Assembly (NCBI GenBank): GCA_905331295.1
Contig: CAJNYD010000074.1
Coordinates: 62,001 to 126,000 of the forward strand
Direction of reading: 5' to 3'
Origin: Rotaria socialis
Lineage: Eukaryota
DNA: 64,000 bases
The notes below the pieces were generated by a model that was given only the letters and a program-made list of their open reading frames with translations, ran no database searches and had not been told where the DNA came from. This document shows, one piece after another, positions 1-14,399 of the stretch. Each line of letters begins with the position of its first letter. Position 1 is the stretch's first letter. A program made the translations under genes and the position numbers.

Positions 1-3000
1 ATTTCCTTTGAATTTTATTCGGAATGCACGGTTGGGCTGATGGTGATGCATCGGACGTATTAATAGAACTATTTTTTTGCTTGGCTAATTCATCGGATGA
101 CTATCAAAAAAACAAGCAGAAACAAAATAAGCAATAGATAAATTAGTCTTTTATTCTCTTTTTCTATCCTTTTAGGTTAACCGATAGATGGATAATGATG
201 ACAGCTTCTATCAATACGAGATTACATAATATATACGGATATCTTCTCAATAGGATATAGCAATTGCTGACGAAATATAGAGTACGTACATTTAGCGAGA
301 AAGAATGAGAATCAAAACCACATGAGAATATAAAAAGATTATTTATCCTTGACTTTTATTGAAGGACTCTTATGTGATTACTATATGGAAAGAACTTACC
401 TGTTCATTGTCGTATAATACTTCTTCAAATATACTTGGATTATGCATAACAGCCAAAAAGTCATCGTCATTATCATGTTCATTTAGAATATATCTCATAT
501 CGATAATATCATGAATAATTTCATTTTGTCTAAGTTGATTTCTCAATTGAGAAAGATTTTCTAATGATATTATAGACAATATTGGTTGATTAGAAGTAAA
601 TGTTTCTAAATCATTCTCATCATTAAGCAAAGCTATAGGAGCTGATTGAAGTGGTTTTGTTTCATGCATGTCTTCATCAATAGCAATTATAGGTGACTCA
701 TCCGGAATGGGAGATGATGAATGGGAACGATGATTCTCCTGATATGAAGATTCTGAAGATGATCGTGAACGATGATAATCAAGATTAATTTGTAAGGATA
801 TATCTTCAATATTGTCAAGATTGGATATATCATTTTCAAAATGAACTTCATCTTCATTATTATTAGAATCAGACGATGTGGAAAGATCATCATGATCCTC
901 ATCATCTTCGATAAAGATTCGTGCTTGATCATGATAACCAATACTTAAATGTAGCGAATCATTCGAACATCTTGAATTACTACGTGATGAATCAATAAAA
1001 TCTACCTGATCGTGAAGGTTTAAATTTAAAGCTATCGGAAGTGGTGGTAAGAGAGCAGTTGGTCGATTATTTTGAGAAGTTGTTTTTCTAAGAATAAAGT
1101 CATCATTCCATTGTGTGACATCAGCATCTTCTTCTTCATCGTTATTCTTATCGATTTCAGCATGAGCCTTCTCCTCCTCCTCCTCCTCCTCCTCGTCGTC
1201 GTCGTCTTCACGTAAATGTGATGATGATAACAGAGAATCAGGTGATGACGAACATATTGAATCTGATCGATCGAACATATCCATAGGATCAAATAGCATT
1301 TTATTATTATTATCATCATCGTCTTCGTTTTCAGGTTCATTTGGATCATCAATATCAGGAATATTTTTAAATAAAGCTGGCATTATTTCTGATTCATGTT
1401 GTTGTTCATCTGTGAAACCATTTAAAAATAATTCGACATCATCATCGTCGTCACCTTCATTATCATTGTTATCTTCATGAGTATTTTCAAGAGAAGAAGC
1501 AAATATATCTAGTAAATTCTTCTTCTCAGAATGATTGTGTATTAAATCATTATCAAGATTTTTCTTTATCAAAGTAGAACCATATCGAATAGAAATACCA
1601 TCAAAATCATCTTCATCGTCCATATCACTAATGTCTTCGATTGGTATTGTTGATGACTGTAATTCAGATTGAATATCACTAGTATTTGAAATATTATTGT
1701 CTTTGAATGCAGAATTATTATCATTCATTTGTTCTTCTTGATTTGTCTTCACGTCATTCGATGGAAATGTAGAATTAATAAATGCAGCCTGAGTAAATGG
1801 CTCTGAGCTGGTGAATACGAATGAGCCAAATATTGGCGGATATGTTTTTTCACTAATAAGAATTTTTGTAATCGCATCGGAAGATGATTTACTGATCGTT
1901 GATGGATCAGTTTCAAAGATCGAGGGTAAATTAGCATAAAATCTAGTAAGATCTTTAACGTCAGATGCCATATTGCTCATATGAACATTTGTTGCATTCG
2001 TTGCGAAAAAAAGCGAAGATAATCGACGGTGAGAAAAGAAGAAAAGAAAAAAAAGAAAAAGAAGAGAAGAAAAGAATAAAGAAAAAGAAAAAAAGTACTA
2101 AAGAATTAACAAAAATTGAAAAGAATTCATCGGAGAAAAAAGATGATAAGTCTAAAACATTGTAAGAGGAAAATGCAAGCGAGTAAATAAGCTAGGAAAC
2201 TAAATAAAAGAAGGAGTAATAGCAATAATAAAAGAATACACTAGTGAAGGCTTCATAGACACTTTTTTTCCTCTTATTCTTTGTGGTTTACTGTCATTTT
2301 TTTTTCGTCGTATACGCATTATTCTGATGACTCGAAGTGGCCTTCGTTTATAGTATTGAAACAGAATTTCTCTTTCTTCTACTGTCAAAATTAATATGTG
2401 ACACAAATAATATTCAAATGTGATCAGAAAAAGAAAAAGACAAAGGGAGAGTTTTGTGTGAGAATACCAATAGATTTTCTTTTCTAGAAGTACTATCAAC
2501 TACAAGACTTGTCAATACGCTTGTCGTAGGTTAATCTCATCAACTAAATAAATATTGTCCAAAGGACAAACATTGCTTTTTTTTCATCTGAAACCGATCT
2601 ATATACAGATACGATTGAAAAAAGTATATCCTTCGGAATAAATTAGTTACTTACTTATCCTTCATCGCGAATCAAAAACACATTCACTCACCTATTTACA
2701 TAGACAGAATGAAAAGAGAACGCTTTTCAATTGATTTCAGAAGCTTTCATTTTAGTCAAATATAACGCATCAAGAAAAAAAACTGACAACGATAATTGAT
2801 TAAGATTTTACACTCCGCAGACATTTAACGCATTTGTATATGCATAACGGCATGCACATCTCGCACAACACTGATGTCATAGGTGAGGAGAAGGATGCGA
2901 CATTGACTATTGATGGACGACCGATAATTAACTTATGTGTAGGAAGTAATTCATTTTTCTTTCTTTTTCTCTATTCTTTTTTTGCTTTGTGTTCTTCTTC

Positions 3001-3684
3001 GTTTTTTTTTCGACGTGAAAGGTCGCCGACATCGTTATGAAATCCGATAGACGAATAACATCAACGATTTATCAATTCAATTTTGGGTTGCTAACAAATC
3101 AGTTCATTTTCATGCTTAGACTTCAGAGATTCTATTCTCATTCATTTGAAAAACAAAAGAAGTTTTTCATAGAATACAATGATTACGGAAGAAAGAAAAA
3201 GATCTACGTGCATTAAAGCAGCCATTTAGGGATCAACAATTGCATGCCATTATTTGCAGTTGTTTCATATTCTTATATAAAGCAATCAATTGAGCGCATC
3301 AGCCATTTAGCATACTTACGGCATTGATTGATGCGGAACCATCTTGTGTTAGATCATTCGTGTTCACATTGACAAATTCAGGTTCGGATTCTGATGATGA
3401 CGAAGAAGCGGTTGATAGAAACGTAGCTCGTTTTGCTGCTAATGTTGCTCTTACGTGTTCAGCAACACTGTTGGATGTATCTTGTAGAGTCAAAACAAAA
3501 TCAATTGTTATCATCAATAAAACCTAAATTATCTCTACTTACTGCAGGAAGCAGATTCCGATTGAGTAGTCGCTTCAGTTGGAGGTGAGGAAGGAGGTAA
3601 CGATGTTTGTTCTTCATCTTCATTAACACTATTTGAACGACTTGTACTTGGCGTGGCAATATCATCATCTTCAAGTTTTTCCAT
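1..3684 (-). CDS. 5' part of an unidentified gene running off the left edge; very acidic, low-complexity N-terminal region(s)
   Basis: Exons 3684-3543 (MEKLEDDDIATPSTSRS..) and 3480-3320 are joined by a 62-nt GT-AG intron. A separate 527-codon D/E/S/N-rich exon 1980-400 ends in CAG|gtaagt. A downstream exon starts at 100 (SSDELAKQKNSS..PCIPNKIQRK) and is open to the window edge. No recognisable domain. Confidence 0.7.
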
Positions 3685-4566
3685 CGTTTTGTTTTTGCTT
3701 TCGATCTAATATTTTATACAGTAAATCTTAAAATAACATAGAACAATTCATCCTTTGTTGAAAATGTTAGAGACGTGCAGATGTCCTTGGAATGCAACAT
3801 CGAAATAATACTTTTTTTTAAGATAAAGAACCTTCTTTTTTATCTTCAATCGTCAAGAGTCAATTATCAAAAGAGGAAGAAAACATGCCCTAATAAAGAC
3901 AAAACTAATAATACTATTGATTTAAATATATATTAATCATAAATGCATGTTATTAAATCTCAGTGCAAAGGTTTTTCTTCCAAACCATTAGTTGATAGGC
4001 CATTAATCTATCATGAATGAAATATATAATCCTTTGATTTTGTGAAATGATTCGTTCGAAACAAAAAAACACAACGAGACAGAGAGTTGATCTTTTACTT
4101 ACACAACGGCAAACATGCGTTCGACTACAAATAATAATAAAATTCTATCTGACTAAAAATAGAAATTGCGTTTCTTTTTTCGTCTCTTGAGTAATGATGA
4201 AAAAAAGATGCCGGCAAGATGAATAAGCACACAACACAAACATTGGCATACAAAAAAAATTGTCTTATCATATGACATTACCATGCATTGTATTGTTACC
4301 GTTAGAAGATAGTAAAATAGAAAGAAGTAAACAGAAAAAAAAGGAGAGAAAAAAAATTCAAGTTTTTCTTTTACAATGGTGAAGACCCTATAAATTTCAT
4401 GAATGCTAATATGGTGGTTCACAATGTAAATATTGTTCTTTAAAAAAAACGACGAGAAACAAACGGTGTCGCTTAAATAAAAATCAACAGTTACTAAAAC
4501 ATTAGCATAAAATGAGTATTTAAGGACAGCATATTTTTCAAGATTAATACAGAAAAATTATTTCTA

Positions 4567-5514
4567 ATGCCAACAGCACCAAAACGACAACGCAGTTTTG
4601 TTACTTCAACCGTAGCCGATGGACCAGGTTTGATTCAACGATAAAATTACTACCGACCATGTCTTTTCCTAGGTTCCACTAGTGAACATAGTAAACAAGT
4701 TCGAATTGTTAGAACTCAAAGTCGATTACGCATGCTAGTTGAACAATTACCGAACGGACGAAAACGTTTACATTTAAAAGGTAAAATTTCATAAGGAAAT
4801 TAATTTTCTTGAAATAAAAATCACTATGCAGGTATTGATACCATTGCCATACCAACGGAGTTATACGAATTAACCGATTTGGACATTCTTGATGTAACAC
4901 CTGAATCTAAATCCGGAATGAATTATACATTATCGCGTGTTCCAGCTGATTTTCGTTTCTTAATTAATCTTAAATGTTTACATTTAGACAATAATAATAT
5001 TGTTTCTTTTCCGGCGGAAATAGGTGAATTACCTCATTTAGAAACGTTAACAGTAAGTAATAATCATTTAACAGCATTACCTGATCAAATACGTCAATTG
5101 CAACGTTTGCAATCATGTCATTTATCAAACAATAAATTTGAAGAAGTGCCATCATGTCTATGCTATTTATCGAAATCGTTATTATTTCTTGATCTATCTT
5201 ATAATTATCTACGACAAATACCATCAAGTATTCACAATCTGAAACAATTGCGTACATTATTATTACTTGGCAATCGTATTAAAACTTTACCAGATTCAGT
5301 ATGTCAACTATCGAAACTAGAAACATTATGGCTTGGTGATAATAAACTGACAGAATTACCAAAAAGTTTTCCACAACTGAAACATCTTGATTGGCATCAT
5401 CATTGCGAATTATCATCGAATTTTGAAGGAAATCCATTAGTAAATCCGCCATTAGACGTTTGCCGAAAAGGAATGGACGCTATCGAACAATATTTAAAGA
5501 AGACACCGAAATAG
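4567..5514 (+). CDS. Leucine-rich repeat protein (SHOC2/LRRC-type LRRs)
   Basis: Exons 4567-4627, 4673-4780 and 4832-5514 splice in frame via GT-AG introns. About 7 LxxLxLxxNxLxxLP repeats and a C-terminal GNPLVNPPLDVC cap. Confidence 0.9.
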
Positions 5515-7109
5515 TTTCTTGATACCTATTGCCACAAACAAGCGAATCAATAACATGATACTGTTTTTTTTCCTTCTTTATTTTGTACAAATATTAGTTT
5601 ATTTGTGACACAAAAATAATAAGATCCATTTTTATTTTTGCCTAGATGCACAGATTTTACGCAGAATTCAGATCCACATTTAGTATCTACGTATACACCA
5701 TCATCAAAAACGTTTCGAAGTCAATCTGCTCACTTCAAAGAGACTTAGTTATCAGGGTCCAGTTATGATTTTGAGATAGCTAAATCTTCTTGGTCAGATA
5801 GATTAAAATGAATCGAAAAACATTATTTATATTAATATCCGTACAGCAATTTGATAAAAAAAAATGAATACGTGAGTGAATACAATCACGGTTACGTTTC
5901 ACATCAGAACGATGATTCCCGTAAAATAACCGACGTATTCAATTTACGTTTCACTTCATTTTTTACGTTGAGTATTGCGTGAAACTGCCGTGTGTAATTT
6001 TTGGCTAATCGTCTTATTGATGCAAATTTTAATCATTGAAATTTGAGTCCGATATGAAATGAATTGCTAATCCTAGTAAGTCCCATACAAAGCACATTAA
6101 ATTTGAACTATTCATCGGCGCTATTGAATCACTGCATGTATGATTAACCCATTCACAGAAGAAATCATAGTAGGCTTCGATTGGACGTGCTGCTATTCCG
6201 GATGAAGCATTCATCCTGTGTTTATTCATCATATCGAATGATGTATTATGATTGATATTGAAAAACCAAGGTCTACGAAATACCTTCACATACATTTTTT
6301 ACTATGAAAACTTATTGAACATTACGAGGTCGGCCGGGTTGATCGAATCATAATAGATAAAATAAATTTTCGTATAGAAATGAGATTATTTTCATTGGTT
6401 TTATTCATAATACGATTTTTTTTGTTTAGAAAAAGTTTTCATTTGATGAAAACGAAGATTGTCATTCATTGGGCACAAGAAATTCAGTCTAATCAAATTT
6501 ATTTGTTTTCAAAACTTCCGATAAGTCAATGACACATTAGATTGACTTAGCAGCTCTGTAAGTTTCTATGACTACAATGAATTCTAATCCCTCTAGTAGA
6601 CTTTGACATCATACATGCGTGATATAGGTTAACTAGACAAATTGTAACCTATCACTTATATTTATACAACGATCTCGTTGCAAATGAAAATTTATCGTGC
6701 GCAAAAAGCCTTCCTACTTTTAGACGTATACTGCTTTTCAATGCGCTTCCGTTCAACATGACATTCCCGATTTATTGTTGAGCCTGATTCAAACGATCTT
6801 TATTAAATTGTAATACACATAAGCATAATTATTCTGTCTGCTGTCACGATCTTAGCTTTTCCTTTTATTTTTCGTTCCACTCAATTTTTTAGCAAATTAA
6901 GTCATTCTAGCGTGGAAATCATGATTTTGCGTTGAAAATTAAAAAAATTTGCTTTTATCGCTTGGGTTTTTATTTACTCAATATTTATACAAACAATACA
7001 ATTTGGCTTTTTAAGAAAGAAACAACCTGTAAAATCAAAATGAATCATCAAAACTGACAGAAAGACAAAGTTAATACTTAATTCTACTGTGCTCTTTTAT
7101 TTTTTAATG

Positions 7110-8492
7110 TTAACCGATAGTAAGAGCAGCAAATAGAGATTGCACTTGATTAACATGTAATTCTGTCAAAAATGCTGTTAACATTAAAGCAAACCAACCG
7201 ATCGTACTCGTTTTAAGTATAAATTCCTAAATGAACCATACAATAATAAAATTCATGGTCCTAAGCAACAAAACATACCCATGTGCGATCAATGAAAATT
7301 GAAAATAACAAATAATCTTGAAGACTAAGTGCACATTGATATCTCCATAAGTAAAATATCACTATCGTCAACGGTGAATGTAAAATACTTAATTGTAAAG
7401 TCTAGAAAAAAGAACACAAGAGAACTATTTTATTAAATATAAATAATATGAATTCAAACCTTTTGTTGTAATGTGTCTGTTTGCGAATCAAGTAACTGTT
7501 CATAGAGACGAACATATCGATCCCAAAAAAATGCAGATATCGAATAACGTAATGAAAATACTAACAATGTTATAAATATAGTTCTTTTTGTTTCAAGTAA
7601 ATTTGAACTTAGATCATTTTTTCTCGGCGATGAAGCAGCATGTGAGCATGATTGATCATCTTCAAGATTTAATATCATTAAATCGTTATCTTCCCTACTT
7701 CCATCACTTGCTGATGAACCTGGTGATACGCTCGAATTTATTGTCGCTGTCGATTTTGAACGAAACGGACGTTCCTTATAAAAATAAAGTAAACAACCAA
7801 TAATAAGACATGTACCACCTAGTATGTCACTGAGTGCATCAACATAATAGCCAAAATCGCCATAGTAAGATTTATAACGTTTATTATTTGAATGTGCACG
7901 AAAAACCACACCATCAAGACAATCAAGAAAGGTACGAAATTGGAAAATCAGTACACCTAATTGACGTCGAGAAAATGATTCACTTGCAACGAACTTCATT
8001 GATACAACTGACAAAAAACAATGAAAAAATGATACAGCATTTGCTGATATAAATGGAAAATAGTATGTAAAATGTAATTTTGTTTCAACGCTTTCAGCTA
8101 AGGGCGAACGAACATAATGGATCTATGTAGATAGTAAAAACAATAAATCTCGTTTCTTTTTTTATCATAAAAACCCTATTAATAATTGCAATACTTACAA
8201 TTGGTTCAACCATAATCTTTTTTATTGGCAATGGATTGAATATATAAACTGAATGAATGGCGCTTTGAGTATTTGTTTGATTTGATGAGTTGAAATCGAG
8301 TGGATCTCTTGTACGAATTTTAAAGTAAAGGATGATATCCATAATTTGTAAATATATTAAAAATAATATAAACAATGAATAACTCGGATAAGAAATCAGA
8401 CGGTGAAATGCACGAACACAAAAATGTCCATGCTGATGAGCAGGTCGTGCTGGACCCGAGCCAATACTTAATTTACGTACGTCGACGACCAT
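7110..8492 (-). CDS. CPES: Ceramide phosphoethanolamine synthase-like CDP-alcohol phosphotransferase (CPES family)
   Basis: CDP-alcohol phosphotransferase motif FRTFLDCLDGVVFRAH..GYYVDALSDILG, preceded by ISANAVSFFH and several TM segments. Exons approx. 8492-8199, 8132-7460, 7401-7280, 7227-7110. Confidence 0.75.
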
Positions 8493-9888
8493 CTGTAATT
8501 TATATTCGAAAAAAAAATCATCAATCACCCTTTTAGAAACAATACCGATAATAGACTAGAATAAAAATTCTATAATCTTTGTCATGTGTCAATAGTAGAA
8601 AATGTTCTATCTAAGTGAAAAAAGAATCGGATAAGAGAATACGCATATTCAGATGTCAGACCATCATCAGCTGCTCCTTTTTCCATCGCTAAATATCTTT
8701 TTAAATGGATTTTGTTGTTCTCTTCTTTTAATTCACAAAATATAGATATACTACTCATGAGTAGTAGAGGATGAAGAAGGCGAAGAAAGAACGAGAGAAA
8801 AAAGACAAGAGAAATTAACACAGCACTTACTTGAACAATGCATATCTGCTAATGGTCGATAACTTTTATCACAAGTTACTACTTAGATGCTGTTTAGTAA
8901 TTACCTGATCAGATGGGCGGTTTTATTTTTGGAACGAACAATATCTTTGAAATGTAGCATGTAAAAAACTAAAAAATCACGGAAGATAATTGACACGCAT
9001 AAGTAAGCAAGTCATAGATATACATATGTAACTGTTTTCTTCTGGATTTGATAGGCAAATTTTTAGATGAAATATTATACTCTGTAAATGCTCTTCCTGG
9101 AAGATCCGTTCGAAAGTATATTCTATTTTCAATAACTATTAGAAAAGAAATTTCATCTTTTCCTACGAAGAAAAACTTTATCGAACAAGCAAATTAGTTT
9201 CCTAAAAGGTTAAATATTCAATAGATTGTAGGTTTCCTTATAAGAGCCTATAGTGATATAGTAAACCTTGTGGTTTATCTTTTTTTTTCAAATAACTGGT
9301 CGTCATGATCAACATTTTCAATTATTTCGTACATTCTACACAAGAACGTAGTATGCATTCGATTTAGAATAGTTACGAATAATAGTGAATCAATTCACTA
9401 ATACCACCACATTCTCATTCCAGATGGTGATAAGCGATGTACTGTGTACACCTCTTTTGTACTTAATATTCTGACTGAGGAAAATCGTCTAATCTATCAA
9501 ATATTTTCTATAGCTTAGGATAATTTTTTATACGAAAAAATTTACCATAAAAGCAACCTTTAAGTTCAATGATTACTCATTGAATATTCGAATCAATGAC
9601 CATTTGCGTCTTGATTAGTTATCTTCTTTTTTTAATGTAGTTTGACCTTTATCAATAGAATAAACTATAAGAGCACTCTTGCGAATGCAGGATAATTGAA
9701 CAATTCATTACATACCTTACCATATTGTTTGATGAAGTAAACTCAAAAAAATTTTCTTTTTCTCTTAATTTTACCTTTCTGTTCATAACAAGTATATGGA
9801 GTCGGAAGTATCTTAATAGTGAAACTCATAAAATTTAGCGAGTTCACAGAACAAAAGAACAAAAAATGAATTTTCCTTTTCTTTTCTT

Positions 9889-10113
9889 ATTGACGACCGA
9901 AGTAATTATCCGTGTGTTTACGCCGGTAAGTGTCAAGGACAAAGTTGAACAACAAACGACCATCTAGTGTCCATTAAATTCATATGAGAAAATGGGTATC
10001 TATATGTATGTACGATTCGACAGCTAACACAACGAGATGTACAAGAAGTTTACTTTGAATCAAGTATTATTATCAGCGGTAGAAAATGGCGTGATCGTAG
10101 AGTTGACTGTTAA
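9889..10113 (+). pseudogene. Possible decayed beta-propeller (NHL-like) repeat fragment
   Basis: One frame reads IDDRSNYPCVYAGKCQGQS*TTNDHLVSIKFI*ENGYLYVCTIRQLTQRDVQEVYF.. with two TGA stops. The VYAG..G and ENGYLYVC words loosely resemble NHL repeats. Confidence 0.2.
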
Positions 10114-10486
10114 CCTTAGAAAAGAGAAGAAAAGACTTCAGCAAGAATAAATAATTTTTTTCATAGGCGAGCACAATTTTTTGTTTTCTTTATTTGATAT
10201 TGTGTCATTTCTTTGATAGTAAAAGCAAACAAACCAATTGATGACTCATGTTTAGAACAGCCAAATATATCTTGTTACGGCAGTGTTTTTCTTGTTCTAA
10301 ATGTAATTATTTGAATCGAGAAAAGACGAGAACTGAAATTGTTGTCTTATTATGTTGGCTATCGGTAAATAATAAAAAAACGAAAAATGATTGCATACAA
10401 TCCAAGTATACTTTAGTTTTTTTCAAATTCAAATCAAAAAACGAGTCAAGAAAAACAAATGATTAGACAATTAATGTATTTCTTGA

Positions 10487-12218
10487 TCAACTTGTATCCA
10501 TCGTGTTGTCAGTGGGCTTTTTTTCTTCAGTTCCTTCGTTCGATTTTTTAAAATGTTTTTCCATTGCTTGAGCAAAGGCCTGTATGTCACCTTCATTTGC
10601 AGCGGTTATTGCTTCGTCTGGTAAACCAAATTGAGCCAAAACTGGTCCTAATTGTCCTGTTTGTAAAGCTACACTAAACGAGACAAAGTGAAAAAAAGAA
10701 CAAATATTTAATTCTAATGAAAAAGATGATCAGACAAACCTAAATGTACCAACAGCTTGTCGAAACTGTGGCGATTGAATTGAATCTCTCAATTCTTTTT
10801 CTGAACCTGTTATTGTACTACCTTCAGGCAAATGAGCTCGTAAACTTTCTTGAACATCTTTATTGCTTAATATTGGAATTAAATTCTAAGAAGATAAAAA
10901 CAAAGAATATTTCTTCTGATTAAATAATAAAATTCACCTCAGTAGTCATTATATCATAAAGATCAATAGCTGGTTTATTAGCGGGTGCTGCACCAGTAGC
11001 TTCTTGTGTTGTACTTCTATCGCTTAAATTAGCCAAAATATTTGAGAGTGCACTCAATTGAATAGCACCACTTTTCGATGCACCAGCCGAACCTGTAGTT
11101 GCTGCAATTTTTGGAGCAGCAGGAGCAGCAGTAGGAGCAGTTGATGGCGATGAACTTGTTCCAGCATTACGAGGTTTCGATGATGAACCACTCGGACGAT
11201 TGCTTGAAGTTGATGTCGTTCCACCGGTAGCTGTTGCAGCTGCTGCTGCTGCTGTTGCTGCAGAAGTACGAGTTCCAGCAGGTGCTGTATTTGGACGTGA
11301 ATCCGGTGTTTGTTGTGAAAATGCATCTAGAACAGATGTTGCGTGTTGATTTGATGAACCAGGCAATACTCTACCACGATGACTACCTTGCATTAAGCCA
11401 GAAGCACCACCACCACTTCCAACAGAAGATAACAATGATGCTAAGTCACTCGGATTCATTCCTATATTTTAGAACAATCAACAAATAGTTATTTTAATGA
11501 TGAAAATAGTAACTCTTTACCACGCAACACATTGGATAAATCATTCGGATCAATACCACCTGCTCCACCGCTTCCAGTCATTCGATCCATTAGAGATTGT
11601 AATGGATGAGCACCACCGCCTAATCCACTAGCTCCACTGCTGTCATCACCGAATCCTGGTGTTGGTGGATGATTTAGCTAATCAGAAGGAAAGTATTGTC
11701 TTACACTATATTAAAATTTAAAAAAGAGAGATTAATTTTACCAGATCGTTGATTTTTTTACACCATTCTTCATCTTTATCGTCTTGCGACTCTTGCATCC
11801 AAAAGAATAATTTCCGAGCATTGCTTCTCCATTTAAGTATAAAAACACGACCTATGAATGCAAATGATAGTGCTTCTTCAAAGTCATTGATTCAATATTT
11901 CTTACCTGTAGTATTTTGTGTAACCTTTTTAAATTCAATTTCATCGGGAAATATAACCAGATCGTCTTCTGGTGTATTATTGGATCGTTCTTTCCAACAG
12001 AAATGCATTAACATATCATTCCCTTGATATAAATAGACAAGACCTTTGCGTTTATCTGGATGGACCTACAATGTGAAAAAAAAATCAATGAATAGCAACA
12101 AATTATTACGACATTTTATGTAACACACCATTGTACCACGTAGATTCATTTTTCCTGCTTTAAATTCGACTAAATTTCGACTACGAGCTTGCGATGCAGC
12201 TCCACCGAATAACGACAT
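10487..12218 (-). CDS. ADRM1: Proteasomal ubiquitin receptor ADRM1/Rpn13
   Basis: Pru domain [48 protein letters not shown], a G/S/A/T-rich linker, and [39 protein letters not shown]. Several short GT-AG introns. Confidence 0.97.
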
Positions 12219-14399
12219 TGTTTATTCAAGTTTAGAAATTGAGTAAATCTAAAAAGTAAATGTTGCAAGAAAATCAATGGATCTATGGACAAACACAAAT
12301 GAAAAGATGTACAGAGGAATATTTATTTGCAATGATTAATTCTTCCCATAAGCCAATGATAATTTCATCGATAGAGGTCGCATTAGTACTACTAGAACAT
12401 ATAATTTATTTTGGATGCTTTCACAATAGCCAAGAAAAAAGGTTTGGACCTTGAAATTTCTCAAGGATACTCGATCATAGTCATAAGGATTGTTTCGAAG
12501 AGTAAAGTGGTGGTGTAAGAACTTGTTTCAGCTCTGGCACTTAGGAAAAAAGTACACTCTTCTGTCTTTTTTTTTGAATATTTTATAATAAAAGAAATCG
12601 CTATAGAATTTTGGTATGTAACAGAATGAAGCAGAGCTACTCATGGTAATGTGTGGCAACAGACGCATGTTCAAATAAAAAGACTTGCACGATTCGTACA
12701 CGTCCGACATGCACGTGTATCAGAAACTATGTTCAATCGTGTTGACTTTAACAAGCGATAGGAAATAACAAGGTTATTCATCGTAGTTTTGTGTGGTTTA
12801 TACCTATAACTTCGACTATAATTCTCTCATTTTGAAGTTGAAATGATACAAAAAATTATATATATATATCAAAATTTTACTTGAAGATCAATCAAAATGA
12901 TCTTTTCAATAAGGGCATCTGGTAAACTATTGATTACATCTGTATATATATATATATATATATACTTATCTGATATTCATCAATATACGAATAGAATTTG
13001 AATGTGCCAAAATATCATCTATCGAAAATCGTAGTGCATTTTGCGTGGTAACAACAGTAAAACTAATTGAAATCATCGTCTTTGAGTTCGATACTATAGA
13101 GTAGAATTCGAGTAACAATAACATAAACTGCTGTCAGTCTAAAAACATAGCATAATTGCAAAAGGTCTCGATGATGTTTATTTATCTCATTTTTGATTAA
13201 TTTCAAGTATATTATGATAATAACATCTGTAATTACTTCTACGAAATATAAAAAGAAATATGAAGCAGAGAAACAATAGAAGATCTTTCAGATTTTATTA
13301 CAAAAGTTTGATTCGTAAAATACAAAAAAAGAAAAGATTTCGTCCTAATTATTTTTTTGTCACAGCAACCAACTGCGTCCTTATTTGTGAAGGATCAGAC
13401 AGAAAAAAAGTTACTTTGCTATTTTATTATCTGAAGTTTTTCTTGTTCTTATACTTGATTATGAAAGTGTAATATTAATCGACTCTTAATGTTAATACTT
13501 TTAATCATAAGCCAAGTAGATTGTTTCAAATTGGTCGCACGTTTTTGTGATTTTTATCTTTGCATTTGATTATAAAATATTCATATCAATTTGAACTTAT
13601 CTTTTTGTAGCATATTACAAATATCGAATGTAGTTTACAGCACAAGGCATCAAATTTTCATTACATCTTTAGTTATAAAGAATCAGGTAATGTTTTTTCT
13701 GCCTACACCCGACGAAAGGTAATTTAAAATAAGAGTACAACAATGCTAATATTCGATATTTCTATCATAGAAATTCGTATAAATAATAGTTGTGTCTCAA
13801 CGAGTCTAAATATATTATTCTACATCGAGAAATAAGTTTCATACGCATTTAAACCCATGCAATCGGGAGGAAGCTTGATTGAATCTGTTTTTGAATATAA
13901 AATGTTATACAGAATCGAAAAACAGTCGATAATGCGCACAGAGAAATATTTTATTCTTTCATTATTAAAAAATAAAAAAATCGATTCAATTACTTTATTT
14001 CTATATACTTTATTTACAAACATGCCATGGTATCGGGAAACATGCGGAGACTATATTCATGCTATGAAATTTTTATGCGCTAACGTTTTACATGAAATAT
14101 AGATCGATTCTTTGCGACATATTAATAAATGCAGACTAATTTATTTACTATCAATGCCAATAAAATTTTCTTCACGATTGATTTTCTAAACAAACGATCT
14201 CTCGTACGTATATAAATAAGCTTGTTTCCTTAATATCAATATGACATCTATATATTTCGCCATGATAAGCTATATATTTTCACCCATAGGAAGAGCATAG
14301 AACACATTCATTACCGAAAACAGTAAGCTGTTATACGATTAGGTCTTTTGGTCTTGTACAACATTAAAAATATTTAGAAAAATATACATGATTACAGGA

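Noticed and set aside
687..2165. Overlapping short ORFs (M/I/K-rich and poly-K)
   Set aside because: Shadow frames of the acidic exon and of a purine-rich UTR tract.
6029..6295. 88-aa minus-strand ORF with moderately complex sequence
   Set aside because: No recognisable motif or convincing splice partners; may be a decayed fragment but I cannot support a call.
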